NCBI RefSeq assembly: GCF_006345805.1 | Contig: NC_043004.1 | Span: 12,648,001-12,712,000 of the forward strand | Direction of reading: 5' to 3' | DNA length: 64,000 bases | Source: Octopus sinensis | Taxonomy: Eukaryota | Shown here: positions 52,108 to 64,000 of the stretch, in pieces | Layout: the number at the start of each line of letters is the position of its first letter | Position numbering within the stretch: position 1 is the stretch's first letter | Made by a program: the position numbers and the translations under genes | The notes under the pieces: model-generated | The model's input: the letters and a program-made list of their open reading frames with translations, nothing else | The model's database searches: none | Told to the model about the DNA's origin: nothing

Positions 52108-52487
52108 CTTTTTCTACTCTAGGCACAAAGCCCGAAATTTTTAGAGTGGATGCCAGTCGATCAGATCGACCCCAGTGCGCAACTGTTACTTAATTGATCG
52201 ACCCCAAAAGGATAAAAGGCAAAGTCGACCTCGTGGAATTTGAACTCAGAACGTAGCAGCAGACGAAATACTTATTTCTTTACTACCCACAAGGGACTAA
52301 ATACAGAGAGGAAAAACAAGGAGAGACAAACGGATTAAGTTGATTACATCGACCCCAGTGCGTAACTGGTACTTATTTAATTGACCCCGAAATTATGAAA
52401 GGCAAAGTCAACCTCGGCGGAATTTGAACTCAGAACGTAGCGGCAGACGAAATACTGCTAAGCATTTAGCCCGGCGTGCTAACGTTG
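52108..52487 (-). mobile_element. Dimeric type A SINE
   Basis: Two units sharing one head, same organisation as 29272-29630. Confidence 0.85.
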
Positions 52488-52721
52488 CTGCTACAAACAA
52501 TAACAGCAGCAGCAATTGTGCCGTTCAAGAATTTGGACCTGGAGATCTCAATTTCCAGCGACTTCGAGGGCCAACTCCCAGTGGTGTTGGGCGTCAACGA
52601 AGAGCCCTCGACTACAACAAGACGACCAAAGTTTTTCTTTTTTTTTCCAAGGTCTGTGGTCTCCCACCCCAAAGTCCTAGACCATCACCTAATCACTCTT
52701 ACCCGTATTGTTGCTTAACAA

Positions 52722-52752
<31 letters not shown>

Positions 52753-52769
52753 GGTGGTACAAAAATGAG

Positions 52770-53334
52770 TTGGAAGAGGAGGAAGAAGACGAAGGGTGTA
52801 GAAGGCGGAAGCGGAGAGAGAAGGAGGGAGAAGGAAGAAGAGGAGGAGGAAAAATAAGGAGGAGGAGGAGGAGAAGAAGAAGAAGAAGAAGAAGAAGAAG
52901 AAGAAGAAGAAGAAGAAGAAGAAGAAGAAGAAGAAGGTGCAGTAGCAGTAGCATCAGCAGTAGCTTAAGCAGCATCTGCAACAAAAACGATTTATTAGTG
53001 TTGTACTTGTTGACCGGAGGAGCGACAGAATTCAAGTAGAGCCATAAGCATCGTCTGCAGCTGAGCAACAACGCCGATGATGGCGCCATATCTGTATGCA
53101 CCAGTTGACCGGTGGATTAACTGAATCTATATATTGGCGATCAAAAAAACAAAACCCCATTAATTATTTAGTCTTATTTCTGCATTGAGCGTTCAAATCC
53201 TTTTCCTTGCTTAGTTTATAATTCATTTTTCCAGGGTCGATAAAATAAGCTACAATCCCAATACTTTGGTCGTCTTCTTCTTCTTCTTCCACTTCTTCTT
53301 CTTCTTCTTCCACTTTTCTTCTTCTTCTTCTTCC

Positions 53335-53365
<31 letters not shown>

Positions 53366-53582
53366 CTTCCAATTCTTCTTCTTCTTCTTCAATTCTTCTT
53401 CTTTCCACTTCTTCTTCTCCTTATCTTCTCCTTCTTTCCACTTCTTCCAATTCTTCTTTTTATTCTTCCACTTCTTATTCTTCTTCTTCCTTCTTCTTCT
53501 TCCACTTCCTCTTCGTTCTTCTTCTTCTTCTTCTTCTCCCTCTTCTTCTTCTTCTCTTCTTTCTTCTTCTTCTTCTTCTTCT
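52770..53582. repeat. (GGA/GAA)n tract 52770-52940 and (TTC)n tract 53272-53582
   Basis: Directly visible. The (TTC)n tract abuts the 3' end of the type D SINE. Confidence 0.92.
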
Positions 53583-53594
53583 GCTACCAATCAA

Positions 53595-54063
53595 GACACG
53601 CCATTAGCCACAAAAAATAATCTCTAATTCGAGCCTACTCTAAGCTACTAAGAATGCGTGCGGCAACTTGAAGATCCACCTACCACACGCAATAGACTGG
53701 CGGTTGCATGGGCGCGAAAGCTACGTTGTTATCCTCATTCCGTAAGCGGTGGCTTTTAACGGGTGGAGAGCTGAACCATCCTGGGGTACAGAGGATTAGC
53801 AATCTAGACTAGGGTCTGAAAGTTTACTACACCATAGTGAGTTACACCATAGTTCCTCTGCTTTGTGGCAGAAGTAGGAAGAAAGAGTGAGAGAAAGTTG
53901 TGGTGAAAGACTACAGCGGGGTTACCACCCCTCTCCGCCGGAACGTCGTGGAGCTTAAGTATTTTTGCTCGATAAACACTCAAGATGCACGGTCTGGGAA
54001 TCGAAACCGCGTACATACGACTGCAAGTCCGATGGCCTAACCACTGGGCTATTGCGACTCCAC
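53595..54063 (-). mobile_element. Type D SINE carrying tail Z
   Basis: The head GTGGAGTCGCAATAGCCCAGTGGTTAGGCC..GGTTTCGATTCCC..GAGTGTTTATCGAGC..AAGCTCCACG matches 18613, but the 3' half differs. Confidence 0.75.
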
Positions 54064-54189
54064 TATTGCTGTGTTTATTTGATCGACTGAACTCCTTTGT
54101 TAATCCCTTGAATCTAAATAAGAAATTTTTACTGTAGTTGTTGCGGTTAATTACTTAATGTTATATAGATAAATAGCTCTCTTTGAACC

Positions 54190-55160
54190 GTTGGTTTGGG
54201 TTCAGTCCCACTGCGCGGCACCTTGGGTAAGTGTCTCCTTTTACAGTCACGGATCTCCCAATACCTTGTGAGCGAATGTATATGAATGTGTGTGTTTGTG
54301 TTTGTCCTCATCACCGCTTGACAACCGGTGTTTGTTTGTGGCCCCGTAACTTAGCGGTCCAGCAGTACATAATGACAGATAAACATCAGAGTTAAAAATA
54401 AAACAAGTGCTGAGGTTCTATTTGTCTGACTCAAAATCTTTCACGGCGGTACTCCATTATGGCCGCAGTCCAATAACTGAAACAAGTGAAAGCTCAAAGA
54501 TGACGGGGTTGTGGTTTAGGTTGTTCTAGTTTAACCCCAGGTCAACCCTGATCGAACAGACCTATGATATATGGTTTTCCTTGAATTTCGTCTTTATCTA
54601 AGGACCTGTTCATTCAAGAGCCAAATATTTTAGCCTTTTGCCTATCCAAAGTATTTTCATAAGTTTGTCTTAAACGCCCTTGATTGTTTCCAGACGTTTA
54701 ATTAACCCGTTTCATGCGTTCTCAGTAATATAAATATTCCTTCTCTAAGTCCCTAACAGTAGGCGCAGGAGTGGTTGTGTCGTAAGTAGCTTGCTTACCA
54801 ACCGGGTTCAGTCCCACTGCGTGGCACCTTCGGAAATTGTCTTCTACTGTAGCCTCGGGCCGACCAAAGCCTTGTGAGTGGATTTGGTAGACGGAAACTG
54901 AAAGAAGCCCGTCGTACAAATGTATATATGTATATATATATGTGTGTTGTGTGTCTGTGTTTGTCCCCTCAACATCGCTTGACAACCGATGCCAGTGTGT
55001 TTACGTCCCCGTAACTTAGCGGTTCGGCAAAAGAGACCGATAGAATAAGTACTGGGCTTACAAAGAATAATCCTGGCGTCGATTTGCTCGACTGAAGGCG
55101 GTGCTCCAGCATGACCGCAGTCAAATGACTGAAACAAGCAAAATAGAGTAAAAGAGAGTA
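54190..55160 (+). mobile_element. Degenerate type B SINE (54190-54500) and full-length type B SINE (54762-55160)
   Basis: AGGCGCAGGAGTGG head through to the AGAGTAAAAGAG tail. Confidence 0.88.
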
Positions 55161-55546
55161 GCGTTACTGGGAGGTGAGAGGCACATGCCCCGCGCACCAA
55201 CTGAAGCAAGAAAGATGAGACTTGAAGCAACAGCATTATTTTTATTGCATCTCATTTCGCACATTAAGTTTGTTGGATGTTTCAATCGGGGAAGCTGGTG
55301 CATTATAAACGGTTAAAATATGGAGGTTTCGTAAAAGTAAACTTTCAAAAAATATTTTTTGAATTACAGGCTGTATCGAACCGTCGGATAAATGAACCCT
55401 GCTTAAGTATCTATTCCTAAAATATTGGTTGGGAACATTAATTACTTGTAACAAATAAGTACTATATAATATCGTCGATTTTGTAATGGATGGGGGCGCA
55501 TCTTTACGGCTTGCCTCGGGTACGGTTTACCCTAGCTACGCTACTG
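55157..55546. mobile_element. Possible hAT-like MITE
   Basis: AGTAGCGTTACTGG ... CTAGCTACGCTACTG resemble CAGTGGCGTAGCTAG-type termini; no TSD found. Confidence 0.3.
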
Positions 55547-56237
55547 GTCCCAAATTACACTTGTGTTTGAAACAACTGGGAATTTACATCACATATGATA
55601 CATAGATGCCAGGGAAATATGTCTTCTGTATCACACGTGGTACACAGGACAGGCAAAGTGTTAAGACGGTACGGAGTGTCGACAGCAAATTTATCTGCTC
55701 TTACTCCCAGCTAGAGCGTTCTCATGGAGGCCTCTCTCCTGGTTTTTGTAAATAGTGCTTGCTAGATCTATAAGGTGTTCATGGAAAAGAGTAAACAGCG
55801 AGACACAGTGGGAAATTTAGGTTATATCCAATTATGAATCAGTCTCTATTTTGCTTTATTCTCGTTCCTCTTAGCTTCACTAATTCTCCAACAGAACGTC
55901 CTTTTCTCTGTTTACTTAGCTCTTTACTTCAAAGATTGATCTAACCTGCTGCGCAAGATATAAACTACCTCTGTGAGGTCGACTAGAAACAATTTATTTA
56001 TTTAAGGGAACTGATACAACATTTAGTATGATGACGTAATTGTAATATGGTGTGATCGCGAATTCCGCTGTTGTTGTTTCCGTTGTTTAACCCTAGGACT
56101 GTCTTGTTGGAGTACGACAATATTCGAGATACTCCAGCAGTGACCATACAGATTCTATTTTTTATCTTCTTTTCTGCTTGTTCTTCTTTTCTTACAGAAT
56201 CGTTATCGAGTGGGAAAATTGGTTTTGTAGTGATTCT

Positions 56238-56558
56238 TCCGTGGCTCAGTGGTTAGGGTGTTCGGCTTACGGTCGAAAATTCGTGAGTTCAGTTCCTGGC
56301 GACGCGTTGTTTCCTTGAGCAAGGCACTTTATTTCTCGTTGCTCCAGTCCACTCAACTGGCAAAAATGAGATTTACCTCTAATTCAAAGGGCCAGCCTAG
56401 TCACATTATGTGTCCCACTGAACCTCCCTGAGAAATACGTTAAGAGTACACGGTGTCTGTGGAATACTCAGCCACATGCACGTCAATTTCACGAGCAGGC
56501 TGTTCCGTTGATCAGATTAACTGGAACCCTCGTCTTCGTTACCGACAGAGTGCCATGT
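56238..56558 (+). mobile_element. Type C-head SINE carrying tail X
   Basis: GTGGCTCAGTGGTTAGGG..CCTTGAGCAAGGCACTTTATTTC, then TTCAAAGGGCCAGCC..CCGTTGATCAGATTAACTGGAAC. Confidence 0.85.
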
Positions 56559-57124
56559 ATCTCTTCCGTTACTTCACGTTCTAAGTTCAAACCTTCAGCA
56601 GGTCTTTGCTCTTCATCCCACCGAGATCGGACAGAATCATATGAGCGCAAATAGCATGACTTGCAATATGAGATTCGGCACTCCACGCTATAAGTTCAAA
56701 TACCATTGATGTCAACTACGCTCTTCGGGTTTCCGAGATTTCTAACATGTCAGCCCAGTACAGGCGTTGATTCTTCTTTGTATGAGTTTCTCTTTCCCCT
56801 TTGATTAAACCTGTAGTTCAAAGGTCCGACTGCCGACTCATGTTGACTCATGTTGAGAACTGGATTTTACTTAAAGGATTTTACTTAAATGATACATGCA
56901 CCCGTCGAATACTCAGCCACTTACACGGTAATATAACGAGCAGGAACTCGATTAATTGAACCGATGTAAGCTTATCAATGGAGTTGACGGCGAATCGACC
57001 ACACGTCTGCAATTCACTTGTTTGTTGTAGCACATGCAATAAATACTTTTAAAGTCCATGTATCTGCCCAATCTGGAAACAGGCGTTGAATACCGACACA
57101 TTCGACTGTAATATATTAGTTCAA

Positions 57125-57310
57125 AGTCATAGAAAAACAAAGACGAAGACATGTGTAGGAACAACAAGCAAGTGTATTTTAGTTTGAAGTTCGGGAAAAA
57201 TGGAAAAGTCTTTTACATTTCGAGCCTACGCTCTTCGACAGAAAAGAATAAGAGGAAATAAATGGAGAGAGGATGAAAACAAACAGCGTGTTGAGTTCAG
57301 TGGTCCTTTT
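57125..57310 (-). mobile_element. Penelope-derived terminal-repeat-like element with a hammerhead-like motif (57208-57247)
   Basis: Minus strand: TCTTTT CTGTCGA A GAGC GTAG GCTC GAAAT GTA AAAGA. Confidence 0.55.
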
Positions 57311-57927
57311 TCCAAACTTCCTAACTTTAACCCAAATATAAGACAAACGACAAACGACAAAGCCATCTTCGATGCGTACACTGTACTTTTATTTGCTATT
57401 TGCAATTCACATTAAAATGTCGTCCTGGCGCATTATTTTTCTTTCTGAAACATTACAGTACATTATGTTAACATAAATGTAAAGCTGAATTTGATTCACT
57501 TGCAGTTGTTGTTATTGCGGCAGACGTTGTCAGTGCACACGGCTAGTGGTGATTAGATACGACTAGTCTGACAGTGACACGCAGATTAACTATCGATCTA
57601 TCGATGTAACATCAACGACTCGAATAACTTTACTATATATAATGGTCTATGTTAGTGGGAAATCCGACTCCATGCTTCGATATTCTTTTATCCTGTACCG
57701 TTTATCTTTTACTTCTTCCATTTGAGAGCGGCCATGCTAGTAACGGCGTGAAAGATTTTAGTCGAACAAAACCAATCTCAGGACATATTTTCTTAAACTT
57801 GGTATTTATTCCATCGCCAACTTTTTTTCGGGGACGTAAACAAACCTGCACCGGTTGTGAAATGGTGTTGGGGGACAAACATACACAACGACACACATTG
57901 ATATACAGTTTTTTATATATATATAAA

Positions 57928-58247
57928 GACTCCGCCGGTTACGACGACGAGGGTCCCAGCTGATACGATCAACGGAACAGCTTGCTCGTGAAATTAACGT
58001 GCAAATGGCTGAGCATTCCACAGACACGTGTACCCTTAACGTAGTTCTCGGGGATAATCAGCGTGACACAGAGAGTGACAAGGCTGACCCTTTGAAATAC
58101 AAGTACAACTCATTTTTGCCAGCTGAGTGGACTGGAGCAACCTGAAATAAAGTGCCTTGCTCAAGGAAACAACGCGTCGCCGGGAATCGAACTCACAACC
58201 TTACGATCATGAGCCGAATGCCCTAACCACTAAGCCACGCGCCCTCA
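57928..58247 (-). mobile_element. Type C-head SINE carrying tail X
   Basis: Inverse homologue of 56238-56558. Confidence 0.88.
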
Positions 58248-58254
58248 TATATAT

Positions 58255-58460
58255 ATATATAGTCTAATTGAATAAACGAACATTAACAAAAAAACAATAA
58301 GACAAGCAAGAGGACGTGCACATGGAATGTATAAGTTAGACGCTCGGTAAAAATAAGAGAGTGATTGATGTTTCGAGCGTAGCTCTTCGTCGGAATGGAA
58401 AACGGAAAAGTCCCCAGAAGAAGAAAATTACCAACAGCACGTGTGTAGTTACGTTATATA
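58255..58460 (-). mobile_element. Short element with a hammerhead-like motif (58365-58400), flanked by (TA)n
   Basis: Minus strand: CCGACGA A GAGC TAC GCTC GAAAC. Confidence 0.45.
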
Positions 58461-58469
58461 TATAATGAC

Positions 58470-59660
58470 TTTGGTCGGGCTGGGACTATAGTAGAAGGCG
58501 CTTCACCGAGGTGTCATGCGGTGGGATTGAACCCGAAAGCATGTGTTTAGAAAGCAAGCCACGCGTGCACCTATATTGTGTATATATTTCTTTATTGCCC
58601 ACAGGGGGCTAAACATAGACGGGATAAACAAGGATAGACAAAGGGATTAAGTGGATTACATCGACTCCAGTGCGTAACTGGTACTTATTTAATCAACCCT
58701 GAAAGGATGAAAGGCAAAGTCTACCTCAGTGGAATTTGATCTCAAAACGTAACGGCAGGCGAAATATCGCTAAGCATTTCGCTCGGTGTGCTAACGATTC
58801 TGCCAGCTCGCCGGCCTACCAAATCGAAGTGTTTGACTCTGACAAATATTCCACGTACTATTTAGTTTCGGATCTTTACGCTTTGAGCTCAAATTCCGAC
58901 GAGATCAACTTTGCCAATCGTTGTGTTTGGGTCGAGGAAATACAGTAATTGTCCATATAATCATTGTTCCCGCCTTTTTAATTTCTGGTTTTGAACCAAT
59001 GTAACAAACAATTATTTTTGCAAAGTGTGAGAGGAATCTTCAGATCGTTCGAAGGTCAGCTTTGGCTTTCATCTTTCTAGGATTGATAAAAATAAAGCAT
59101 CAGTGAAGTACATGGAATCGATATAATCGATTCTTCTTCAGCTAAATTTGCGGTCGTGTTCTAAGGCTAGAAATCAATGCATTGCTTTATTCTATCTTTA
59201 GTTCATTAGTTATTCCGAACTATTGTAAGTTCTGCCCTAGCTGTAGCTTCATTGTAAATACTTCATATTTTTTCCTTTTGTATCTATATTCTGTTTCAGA
59301 TTTTTTTCCTCCATGTTTAGGCGTAAGGTTGTTGTCGATATCTAGGAGGAAGTGTTGAAAGCTTCATTATTTTGATGCAAAGAATCTTAAGATGGCTGTG
59401 TGGATAGAGACTTGCTTCTGAACCATGTGGTTCCCGTGTTCAGTCCCACTGTGTGGCAGCTTGGGTAGGTGACTTCTATTATAGCCTTGGGCCAGCAAAG
59501 GAACAACGCCTGATTTTTCTATTTGTTTTTGATGTTCATTTGTCGATACCGTCGACCCCAGTACTTGACTGGTATTTTATTTTATTGACCCAGGTATGAT
59601 GAGGCAAAGTTCACATCAATCGAAATTGAACTCAGAACACAAAGAGCTGGAGAAACCAAT
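58470..59660. mobile_element. Cluster of SINE copies and fragments (type B 58470-58570 -, type A 58585-58815 -, type A fragments 58860-59180 +, type B 59390-59480 +, type A 59530-59660 -)
   Basis: Consensus motifs of the two families. Confidence 0.7.
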
Positions 59661-60894
59661 ATTTTAACACGACCACAACTACATCGATAGCAACCATATA
59701 TTGGAGGACAAGAGAACAAAACGAACTCAAACAATCAAATGTATTATAATGTTCTGAGAAGAGAAATTATAAACAAGACAATAGGGAATCGATAAAAAGA
59801 GTACGCAAAGCTTTCTATAATTTACTTGAATCTATATATGCACGTGTGTGTGTGTGTGTGTGTATGTGAATGTGTATGTCTTTCTCTGTCTGTTTCTGTA
59901 TGTTCATACATACATACATGCATGTATGTATGTACAAAATGTCACTGTAAGAGCGTATCCTTTGATGTAAAGCTTAGGATATAATCAAGCAAAGTAGTCA
60001 ACTGCAATAATTGCATAACTTTTCGCATAAAATTATTTAAGTGCTGTGGCTTTAAAAATAGAATGGCATCGAAACAGCTGTAATTAATAATAATGATGTG
60101 CTAAATTCATTTTTTCTCTTCTAAACTGATTTATATACATACATATATGTACATAAATGTGTTTGTGTGTGAGAGAGAGAGTATTTCACTTTGTCATAAC
60201 GATACTAATACCTTGGTGTTAGAACCCAACATTAAATATGCTTCAGAGAAAAACATTAGTCGAATTCAGAACGTAATAAGAGATCAAATACTTGACAAAG
60301 GAACAAGAAATTCTGGAATGAATTTCATTAGCTTACAGCTATTTCTGCTATAAGATGCAATGCACTCATAGTTGAGTGGTTCTGTATCAATTTATAGCTT
60401 CGTCAGAGCTTCAAAACTGAAGTACAAAATGAAGCCATAAGGTGATATAAAAGGAACTAACTACTCGTATGAGTGCACTGCATTTTATAGCGGAAGGAGC
60501 TATAATATAATACCTCACATAATTTCTTCTTCCCTTGGCATTCCTATAATCTAATATATATATATACGTATGTATGTATATCAAAGGGCGGAAGAGCTTA
60601 TGTTTAGTCAATGGCTATCCAACATTATATGTACATAGGTGTGTATGTATATGTACCTATGTGTGTATATATTTATATATACACACATATATGAATTTTT
60701 ATATATCTTTTTATATATTTATATATATATATATTATTTTAATTGTATTCTTAATCTTGAATTTATTTGTCTATGTATTTATCTATTTTTATTAAAGAAG
60801 CATTTTTAAATGTTAAAAATTTCAAATTTTCAAATTTTATATTGGTTTTTTTTTTAATGTGTACATATGTATATATATTTTTTTCTGTGTGTGT

Positions 60895-63290
60895 GTTGCA
60901 GATGAAGCACATTAGCCGTAGTGAAGGCAACTCTTCTAAGAAAAGGACACTCTGACATAAAACCAGGTCATGTTAATGTCAGTCCCTTAATTAGCTGCAC
61001 TATGAAAGCCATGACTGTCGATGGGGGAAGACTGGGCTCTGTTTTGAAACGAAGCCATGATTAGGACAACTAGTATAGGAGAATAAAGCTCCTGAATTTA
61101 AATTTATTTACTGCTGGCTTACAGTATCGTTTCGAGGGAAAGCCTAGGAGAAGGTATTCCGATATAAAACCTGTTGTCAACTTAGTCATCTTGCTTTGCT
61201 TGTCACTGAAATCTACAATTTTGACCCAGAGAGTGGCAAAAGTGTTGTACAAGCGTTTGTCACTGAAATCCAATGAAGTACAGATGTCCCCAACAAAACA
61301 CCATCATCTTATAATCATCACTTTTGAAAACTCCTATGGCGATAGAAGCGTGGCGACGTATGCAAACTTGACCAGTTGGAAACATACAGTTATAAATCTG
61401 CGCAAAAGACGGCAGGGTTCTTATCTTAACATCGCTAGCATGTTTTCATAGACAGGAAAGTTTTTCGGTGGGGAATCTCGTGTCTGAGTAGCCCTTTTAA
61501 GGAGAACACTGCTCACCTGGATATACTGAGAAGATGCTAGAAAAGGTGCACTAAAAATTGTCTGTACTTTCTCTGGTTTGGGAAGCTGAAGGAGGAGAAA
61601 AGAGGTGGTGTTGGGTTTGCTATTAGAAGTGATTTGCTAAAAGACCTAGAACAACCACAAAGAATAAATACAGGTATAATGAAACTCAGGATCCCTCTTT
61701 CTTGTGGATGTTTTGTAATTGTTTTCTCTATTTCTGTTCCTATACTTTCAGCTAGTGGTGAAAATATCAATGCATTTTAAGAGGAGCTTAGAAGAAATAT
61801 TCTGTCAGTCCCTTTGAATGAGAAATTGGTTGTGACTGGTGACTTTAATGCACGTGTTGGTAGAGACTATGGTGCTTGGAATGTACCTGGGCGTTACGGA
61901 ATAAAAAAGGTGGACAAGAATGAGTTGCATCTGCTACAAGTGTGCTCTGAGCTAGGGTTGGTTATTGGGATTACTTTCTTTCATCATAAGGTGACCTGGA
62001 TTCACCCAAGATCAAAACAAGGTCACATGATTGACTTTGTATTAACTCGGAAAGCTGACTTACAAGATCTGTGCAGTCTCAGAGTATTACGAGGTGCTTA
62101 TTGTGATACTGATTACAAAATGGTTAGAGCCAAGTTCAAGTTCATGGTCTGCAAGAAAATACGTAGTGCAGGTGTACAAGTACCATAGTAGATTGATGTA
62201 GAGCAGTTAAAACAACCACAAGTTTTGCAGTTATTTCGGAAGAGATGCAGCAATGTTCAGTTTGAAGGATCATGGTAATCTTTCCGGTGAGAATATATAA
62301 AATGGGATCAGAGGTGTTAGGTTTCAAGAGACTGGTTTGATTCCAACGATACAGTGATATATGAGCTTTTTACAAGGAAGAGGTCCATTCATGAAAAGCT
62401 TCTTGACCCAAACGTTAAGAACAAAGCGCAACTAGAAAAGTTGTACAAGGCTCAGAAAGCAAACTTGCAAAAAGAACTCAGGAGGTTTAAAGACACTTGG
62501 AGAAATGTGTCTGAGGAAATACAGGTAGCCTATGACAGGAAGTCATTAAAAGTTTCTATAGCTTATTGTGACAAACTTTTGGAATGCAATCTTCATCATA
62601 CGCTCCCTTGAAGTCAAAAGGTGGAAATTAAGTTATTAAAGATCCTCCTGGAATAACGAATATATGGAGAGAGCACTTTGCAGATCTTTTCCACAATCCA
62701 TATGTAGTAAACATGGATATCATAAACAACATTCCACAAAAAGAAATAGTGACAACATATGAACGATACACTTTCCATTGAAGAAGTAATTCTGGTATTA
62801 TGTAAACTGGGATCAGGTAAAGCTCCTTGATTGGACGGTTGAAATTCTTAAAGCAGGTGGGGATTATATTTTATCTGAAATTCATAGCTTGATGACTCCA
62901 GTTTGGACTGAATCTTCTGCGCCTCAAGAATGGATAAATGGCATTCTAATCTCTGTACACAAGGGTAAGATCCCCAAAGTGTGTGGTAATTCAAGAGGGA
63001 AAACTCTCCTGGTACATAACGCATTTTGTGACCATCTTTAAGGAACTACACAGAAACATGAAAGCTTAGGTAGTCTTTAATAGTGAGTCTTCTCATGAAT
63101 TTTCAGTGGACAACGATGTCAAACAGGGAGATATTCCTGCCCTCACACTTTTCTCTGTATATTTCACAGCATCTTTAAGGAACTACACAGAAACATTAAA
63201 GCTCAGATAGTCTATAATTGTGAGCTATCTCATGAATTTTCGGTGGACAGCGATGTCAAAAAGGGAGATATGCCTAGATAAGTAATGATC
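60895..63290 (+). mobile_element. Decayed RTE-clade LINE: 5'UTR, APE endonuclease and partial RT
   Basis: 5'UTR CTAGGAGAAGG..AAAACC motif. EN: GGVGFAI, LVVTGDFNARVG, TWIHPRSKQGHMIDFVL, CDTDYKMV. RT: GKAP, EILKAGG, PQEWINGILISVHKGK, VKQGD..ALTLFSVYF. Stops, frameshifts and a deletion are present. Confidence 0.92.
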
Positions 63291-63599
63291 TTAGACACCA
63301 ACCGTCATTTACGACTTATGTCATGTGTCACAAAACGTTTAAGACAATATCAGGACTTAAAAGACATATACTAGTTCACGAAAACATTTCTACAGGATTA
63401 GATTCCAAACGGCAAAGATAGAGAATAAACATGAATAATATCTGTCATTTGTGTTTCAAAACCTATCAGTCAGCAGCTGGTCTTAAAAGTCATCTAGGGG
63501 CTCATGAACGAAATGATTGTGTTGTGTGACAGGATGTGGTGTGTATGTTGATAGGAAGGCTATCATCTGTCAAGATGAAACAATTATCCTGTATATTAT

Positions 63600-63608
63600 A
63601 AAGATATG

Positions 63609-63668
<60 letters not shown>

Positions 63669-64000
63669 TGTACATATATATATATATGTACATGTATATA
63701 TATATGTATATATATATATGTACATACATATACATAAATATATAAATATATATACATACATATATTTACATACTTACATATACATGTATATACATATGCA
63801 TATATGGAGACACAGGACATCATAGAACGTAAACAACATGAAAAACGGAAACATGGAATAGGATCATTTTTCGCGAACAACGAAATAAACAAATGGAAAA
63901 CAAGACAAATATATATATACATATATGTGTGCGCGTGCGTGTATGTGTGTGTGGTGTGTGTATGTGTGTGTTTTTGTGTGTGTGTGCGTGTATATATACA
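63600..64000. repeat. (TA)n/(TG)n microsatellite with a short unique insert (63805-63910)
   Basis: Directly visible. Confidence 0.9.

Noticed and set aside
53804-54016. ORFs inside SINEs (for example MTTDAGVFTSPSLSG.. at 35050-35277 and 48204-48425)
   Set aside because: The recurring peptides reflect repeated SINE sequence, not paralogous genes.

Overview
A 64 kb AT-rich, repeat-saturated eukaryotic window, either intronic or intergenic. I infer an Octopus genome from the SINE families and the density of (TA)n/(CA)n/(TACA)n microsatellites. I found no recognisable host protein-coding gene, true tRNA, rRNA or CRISPR array; most ORFs in the track are read through microsatellites. The window contains: (i) at least four tRNA-derived SINE types, several as tandem multimers or with swapped modules; (ii) decayed LINEs, namely RTE (APE+RT), three RLE-bearing R4/Dong-like fragments, two or three Penelope-like fragments, and a 2.2 kb ORF1-only L1/Tx1-type (HAL1-like) element with a target-site duplication (TSD); (iii) many non-autonomous DNA elements, namely Tc1/mariner-type MITEs, a Merlin-like element with an 8-bp TSD, MULE-like MITEs with a 9-bp TSD, Helentron-type HINEs and foldback palindromes; (iv) degenerate minimal hammerhead ribozyme motifs. 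The most notable items are the apparently 5'-complete ORF1-only retroposon with a possible 5'UTR intron, a four-layer nested insertion, and a foldback Penelope insertion. All superfamily names come from motif recognition by eye, not from database searches.
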